From an uncultured Acidobacteriota bacterium (lineage in GTDB: Bacteria > Acidobacteriota > Polarisedimenticolia > J045): a stretch of DNA of 49,473 nucleotides. The notes under the pieces were generated by a model that was not told the origin of the DNA, searched no databases, and saw nothing but the letters and a program-made list of their open reading frames with translations. Numbering within the stretch: the first letter of the stretch is position 1; each line of letters begins with the position of its first letter. Made by a program: the position numbers and the translations under genes. The stretch is taken from positions 1 through 49,473 of the forward strand of contig CAZPJJ010000002.1 in NCBI GenBank assembly GCA_964586535.1, in the 5' to 3' direction. This document shows, piece after piece, positions 45,024-49,473 of this stretch.

Positions 45024-48000
45024 ATGCTATGTCGTCAACAGGCCCTCTGCTCGCTCGCTCGGATTCTGCTCGCGCTCTTCGCCCTCGCGCTGGTCCCCGC
45101 GGCCTCCGCTCACGGCGGAGGTTCCGTCGAGCCCCGGCTCGAGCAGGGTGCGCTCTGGCGCATCGCGGTGCCGCTGGCGGATCCGGCGCGGCAGCTGCCC
45201 GTGCTGCGCGCGATGGAACTCGACGTCCACGGCTTTTCCAACAAGGAGCAAGAGGCCTACCTGCTCGTGGACGAGCTCGAACTCGCGCGCCTGCGGCTGA
45301 TGGGCTACCAGCCGGCGATCCTCGAGGACATGACGCCCACCGATGCAGGGACCGACGCGCTCTCCGACTACCTCGATCCCGTCGAGGTCATCGCCGCCAT
45401 CGACGACGCGGCTGCTTCGTATCCGGCTATCGCCGAGCGCTTCGACTATCCGTATCTCACGGCCGAAGGCCGCACGATCGCGGGCATCAAGATCTCCGAC
45501 AACGTCACCGACGACGAAGCGGAGCCGCGCATCGTCTTCGTCTCGCAGCATCATGCGCGCGAAGTGATGACGCCCGAGATTCTCGTGGACCTCATCCAGC
45601 GGCTCACCGCGGGCTACGGCGTGGATCCCGAACTGACGCGCTTCGTCGACGATTACCAGATCTACATCGTGCCGAATCACAATCCCGACGGAACGGCCTA
45701 CGTGTTCGCAGGCAACACTGGCTGGCGGAAGAACCGCCGCAACAACGGCGACGGCAGCTTCGGCGTCGACAACAATCGCAACTACGCGTACTCGTGGGGG
45801 CCCGACGGCTGCAATGGTTCTTCGGGATCGCCCTCGTCGGATACGTACCGCGGTCCCTCCGCGGGATCAGAGCCCGAGACGCGCGGGCTCGTCGACCTCG
45901 TGCATTCCTGGCATCCGTCCTTGAGCCTCACCTACCACACCTACAGCGAACTGGTCCTGCATCCCTTCGGCTGCTCGCCGGCTCTCCCGGACGATCCTGA
46001 TCTGCGCGCGCATCGCGAGATCGGCTCGATGCTCGCGGCGTCGATCGAGAACGACGCCGGGACGGGCTGGTACGAGATGGGGACGCCCTACGAACTGCTC
46101 TACGAGGTCGATGGCGACAGCGATGGATGGCTTCATGCCGTCGGCGGGACCGTCGCGTTCACGATCGAGATGAACGCGTCGATCCAGGGATTCCAGCCGG
46201 ACTACGCGACCTGGCGCGACGACACGGTAGCGCGGAACCGCGAAGGGTTGCACTGGCTGCTGCGGCGGCTCGGGCAGGGGGCGGTCGCGGGCGTGGCGCG
46301 CGATGCATGCACGGGTGATCCGCTCGCGGCCGAGGTGGGAATCGTCGAGCAGTCGTTGACGCATCAACAGGAGCCTCGGACGGCAGTACCCAGCAACGGA
46401 TTCTTCCATCGCCTCCTCGAGCCCGGTGAGTACACCTGGTTCGGGACGCGCGGCGGCTATCACGAGCAGCGGTGGCCGGTGACGGTGGCGCGCAAGCCCG
46501 TGGCGCGGGATCTATGGATGGTACCGGTCGGCCAGCGCGGTCTCGATCTGGCGGCCTTGAGCGTCGAAGAGATCGGCGGCGATCTCGACGGGCGGCTCGA
46601 CCCCGGCGAAGAAGCTTGGCTGCGGCCGACGGCCTACGCGACGGGCGACGCGGTAACGGGCGTGACGGCCGTGCTCGCGGGCGCGGATCCCTACGTGGAG
46701 ATCCTGGATGGGGACGCTTCCTTCGCCGACCTCCCTGCTGGCGGGCAGGTCGTCGCGGGTGATGCCTTCCGCGTGCGCGTCCTCGCCGATGCTCCCGACG
46801 GGCACGAGGCGGCGTTCACGGTGACCTTCGCGGCGGCCGAGACGCTCTGCCGAGCGGAGGCTGCGACCACGCTGCCGGTGACGCGAAGTCTCTTCGCGAG
46901 CGCGTTCATCGAGGAGACGCTCGACGTGGATCCGGGCTGGACGGCGACGGGCGGTCCAGACGGCTGGGAGTTCGGCGAGCCGCTGGGAAGCGGCGGCACG
47001 AGTGGGCCCGATCGCGGATATACGGGCGACACGGTCTATGGAACGAATCTCGACGGCAACTACGGCACCGCGGCGACCGAGTATGTCCTCACGACGCTGC
47101 CGTTCGATCTGCAGGGACTGCGCACGGGCGAATTGATCTATCGCCGCTGGCTGAACAACGAGACCGCATACGACATCGCGCGCATCGAGACCTCGATCGA
47201 CGAGAACGAGTGGATCGAGGTGTGGCGCGGATTCGGCCGCGACACGGCGTGGATGGACGAGCGGCTGCCGCTTCCGGAGGCCGTGCTCGGCGCGCCGCAG
47301 GTATGGTTCCGCTTCGTGCTACGGCAGGACGGCGGCGGGAGCGGGAGCGGCTGGTATATCGACGACGTGCTCATTGCCGGGGAGAGCACGCTGACGGCGG
47401 GCGGGCGGTTGAAGTACGAGGCGCACGCGATCGTCGAGAGCGACCCACTCTACGGCAACGCCGACGGAGCGCTCGACGCGAACGAGACCGCGACGCTGCC
47501 GGTGACCATCCGCAGCACGCGCAGCGTCGGTGCGACGGGCGTGACGGCCGTGCTGCGCACGAGCGCGCCCGGCGTCGAGATCAGGAACGGCGTTGCGTTC
47601 TATCCAAGTGTCCCAGCGGGCGGCGTCGTCGAGTCGCTCGCGCCGCACTTCTCTTTCGCCGTGGGGCCGGATTGCGGGCTCGTGATCCCCTTCGACCTGG
47701 AGGTGCGCGCCGACGACGGTTCGACGAGCACGAGCCGCTTCACCGTCGCGGTCGGCACACTGGCGCCGTCGACGCTCCTCGTCGATGACATGGAAATCGA
47801 CCGCGGTTGGATCGCCGAGAGCGACGGAACCGACGGTAACTGGGAGCGCAACGATCCGCGGGCGGCGTACAACTCGGGCGAGATGACCAACCCCGAAGAT
47901 GACCACACGCCGGTGCCCGGCGTCGCGGCGTGGGTGACGCGCAACGTGCCGCCGCCGACGCAGGCGCCGCCCGATGTCGCCGAGGTCGACGGCACGCAGA

Positions 48001-48611
48001 GGCTCGTCTCGCCGGCGCTGCTCGCGGCGGACTTCGCGACGCTGAGGCTGACGTTCTGGCGGTGGTTCTACACGGGCGGCGGGCCCGGCCCCGACCGGCT
48101 GCGCGTCGAGGTCAGCAGCGACGGAGGCTTCGAGTGGGTGTTCGTCGACGAAATCGGCACCAAGGCTAACGTGTGGACGGAGGACGTCTTGGACCTCACG
48201 GCGGTCGTTCCGTTCACCGACGACTACCGTGTGCGCTTCGTGGCCACAGACGGCGGCGGCGAGAGCATCGTCGAGGCCGGCATCGATGACGTGCTGATCG
48301 AAGGCGATGCTTGGTTCTGCGACGTCGTGAGCCTCGGCGACCTCGAGGCCCCCAACCCCGTCGGCGCGACGCTGCTCGTCTCGCGCTTTGGGTTCGACGT
48401 CCGCCTCGACTGGACCGCGCCCGCCCAGGATCCCGCGCACGGCCCCGCGACGCTCTACCGCGTCACACGAAGCGAGAACCCGCAGGGCGGCTTCACCGAG
48501 ATCGGGGCACCGACCGCGCCCCTCCACGTCGACCTCGGCGCGGCGGGCCCCTCGCGACCGTCCCTCTACACCTACCTCGTCACCGCCGAGAACAGCGGCG
48601 GCACCGAGTAA
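45024..48611 (+). CDS. Exported M14 zinc carboxypeptidase with two MAM-like cassettes and a terminal FN3-like module
   Basis: A signal peptide is present. The M14 motifs are VSQHHAREVMTPE, YIVPNHNPDG, WRKNRR and GVDNNRNY. Two C-terminal cassettes lie at about 46540-47390 and 47421-48611. The SD AAGGAG precedes the ATG. Confidence 0.9.
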   Translation: MLCRQQALCSLARILLALFALALVPAASAHGGGSVEPRLEQGALWRIAVPLADPARQLPVLRAMELDVHGFSNKEQEAYLLVDELELARLRLMGYQPAILEDMTPTDAGTDALSDYLDPVEVIAAIDDAAASYPAIAERFDYPYLTAEGRTIAGIKISDNVTDDEAEPRIVFVSQHHAREVMTPEILVDLIQRLTAGYGVDPELTRFVDDYQIYIVPNHNPDGTAYVFAGNTGWRKNRRNNGDGSFGVDNNRNYAYSWGPDGCNGSSGSPSSDTYRGPSAGSEPETRGLVDLVHSWHPSLSLTYHTYSELVLHPFGCSPALPDDPDLRAHREIGSMLAASIENDAGTGWYEMGTPYELLYEVDGDSDGWLHAVGGTVAFTIEMNASIQGFQPDYATWRDDTVARNREGLHWLLRRLGQGAVAGVARDACTGDPLAAEVGIVEQSLTHQQEPRTAVPSNGFFHRLLEPGEYTWFGTRGGYHEQRWPVTVARKPVARDLWMVPVGQRGLDLAALSVEEIGGDLDGRLDPGEEAWLRPTAYATGDAVTGVTAVLAGADPYVEILDGDASFADLPAGGQVVAGDAFRVRVLADAPDGHEAAFTVTFAAAETLCRAEAATTLPVTRSLFASAFIEETLDVDPGWTATGGPDGWEFGEPLGSGGTSGPDRGYTGDTVYGTNLDGNYGTAATEYVLTTLPFDLQGLRTGELIYRRWLNNETAYDIARIETSIDENEWIEVWRGFGRDTAWMDERLPLPEAVLGAPQVWFRFVLRQDGGGSGSGWYIDDVLIAGESTLTAGGRLKYEAHAIVESDPLYGNADGALDANETATLPVTIRSTRSVGATGVTAVLRTSAPGVEIRNGVAFYPSVPAGGVVESLAPHFSFAVGPDCGLVIPFDLEVRADDGSTSTSRFTVAVGTLAPSTLLVDDMEIDRGWIAESDGTDGNWERNDPRAAYNSGEMTNPEDDHTPVPGVAAWVTRNVPPPTQAPPDVAEVDGTQRLVSPALLAADFATLRLTFWRWFYTGGGPGPDRLRVEVSSDGGFEWVFVDEIGTKANVWTEDVLDLTAVVPFTDDYRVRFVATDGGGESIVEAGIDDVLIEGDAWFCDVVSLGDLEAPNPVGATLLVSRFGFDVRLDWTAPAQDPAHGPATLYRVTRSENPQGGFTEIGAPTAPLHVDLGAAGPSRPSLYTYLVTAENSGGTE

Positions 48612-48629
48612 CCCTCTCTCCCCGAGCCG

Positions 48630-48710
48630 CTCGAACAGCGGGGACAGTCGACTTAGGGGGACAGTCACCCTAAGTCGCCTGTCCCCCTAAGTCGCCTGTC
48701 CCCCTAAAGT
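48630..48710. repeat. REP/REPIN-like cluster 3: one full and one partial forward unit, then three inverted tandem units (CTAAGTCGCCTGTCCCC) with a 17-nt period
   Basis: The forward unit lies at 48630-48646. The inverted units lie at 48660-48676, 48677-48693 and 48694-48710. The cluster sits between the convergent 3-prime ends of the M14 and desaturase genes. Confidence 0.85.
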
Positions 48711-48727
48711 CGCCTGTCCTCGGGGGG

Positions 48728-49473
48728 TCAGGCGGCGTCTGAGGTGTCGGCGACGAGGGTGGGGGCGCCCTGGAACGCGCGGCGTTGGTGCGCCGTGCGA
48801 ACTTGGCCGCGGATGTCGGCTTGGCCGATCGCGACGAGCAGGCGAATGAGCCACCAAGCGGGATCCCACTCGCCCTTCGCCATCGCGAGCTTGGGGGCAG
48901 CGGGGTAGGCGTGGTGGTTGTTGTGCCAGCCCTCGCCCGCCGTCAGCCACGCGATCCACGACACGTTGGTCGCGGTGTTGTCGAAGTTCCGGTAGCCGAA
49001 CCAGTGGCAGATGCTGTTGATCGCGCCCGAGAAGCCGATGTAGAGCACCGCGTGGAGCCAGAAGGTGAAGATCCCCGCTCCGACGCCAAGGGCCAGCGAA
49101 AGGACGGTCATCGATGTGACCGGTCCGAGGAACCAGAGCCCGTCGAACACGAAGCGGTCCCAGCGATCGGCGGGCAGGTCGTTGAGGTAGCGGCGCAGGG
49201 TCTCGGGGTTCTTGCCCTCGCGCCGGTAGAGGAAGTAGTTGATCGCGAGCACGCGCCACACGCTTCCGTGCACGTATGGACTGTGCGGATCGCCCTCGAC
49301 GTCGGTATAGCGATGGTGCTTGCGATGCACGGCCACCCACTGCCGCCGACTGATGCCGATCGACAGCCACAACCAGAAGCGGAAGAGCAGGTCGGCACCG
49401 TTCCCAAAGCGAATGCCGCGATGCGCGAGCCCCCGGTGCAGGTAGATCGTCGTAGCGAGCGACGTGATGTAGA
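48728..49473 (-). CDS. Membrane acyl-CoA/acyl-lipid delta-9-type fatty acid desaturase, partial (N-terminus beyond the right edge)
   Basis: Three His boxes are present: HRGLAHR (my own translation of 49373-49473), HRKHHRYTD and HNNHHAYP. The frame stays open to the window end. Confidence 0.9.
   Translation of the reverse strand, partial: YITSLATTIYLHRGLAHRGIRFGNGADLLFRFWLWLSIGISRRQWVAVHRKHHRYTDVEGDPHSPYVHGSVWRVLAINYFLYRREGKNPETLRRYLNDLPADRWDRFVFDGLWFLGPVTSMTVLSLALGVGAGIFTFWLHAVLYIGFSGAINSICHWFGYRNFDNTATNVSWIAWLTAGEGWHNNHHAYPAAPKLAMAKGEWDPAWWLIRLLVAIGQADIRGQVRTAHQRRAFQGAPTLVADTSDAA

Overview
This is a 49.5 kb, roughly 70% GC, gene-dense chromosomal segment from a Gram-negative-type bacterium. 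The gene content resembles Myxococcota or other high-GC environmental lineages, but I cannot confirm taxonomy from the sequence alone. I support about 38 protein-coding genes, one tRNA-Gly(CCC), several rho-independent terminators, one repressor operator and several repeat families. I found no rRNA, CRISPR array, cas genes or phage structural genes.

The window is unusually rich in exported proteases and hydrolases:
- a serine alpha/beta-hydrolase
- an Asp-protease with a PDZ domain
- a BlaR1-type M56 peptidase
- a CHAT protease
- an amidase
- a sortase with its VIT-vWA substrate
- a C25 gingipain-like peptidase
- an M14 carboxypeptidase

It is also rich in envelope signalling: two ECF sigma factors, a zinc-finger anti-sigma, a TPR Ser/Thr kinase, a propeller-type histidine kinase with a NarL/LuxR regulator, and BlaI.

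The candidates most worth follow-up are:
1. An ECF sigma / anti-sigma / exported CHAT-protease operon (16099-20212). It looks like a CRISPR-independent counterpart of protease-gated sigma control.
2. A two-gene operon for an exported Cys/His-rich protein and a 57-aa peptide with 12 Cys in its last 25 residues (8851-9501).
3. A 17-nt unit, GGGGACAGTCGACTTAG, in tandem and inverted clusters at three intergenic sites. The same window encodes a RAYT-like HUH/Y1 transposase next to about 1 kb of motif-rich non-coding DNA.
4. A roughly 330-aa C-terminal cassette shared by the C25 and M14 peptidases.

Many long ORFs in the supplied track are antisense or out-of-frame artefacts of the high GC content and were rejected. 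All family assignments come from motif recognition by eye. No database search was run.
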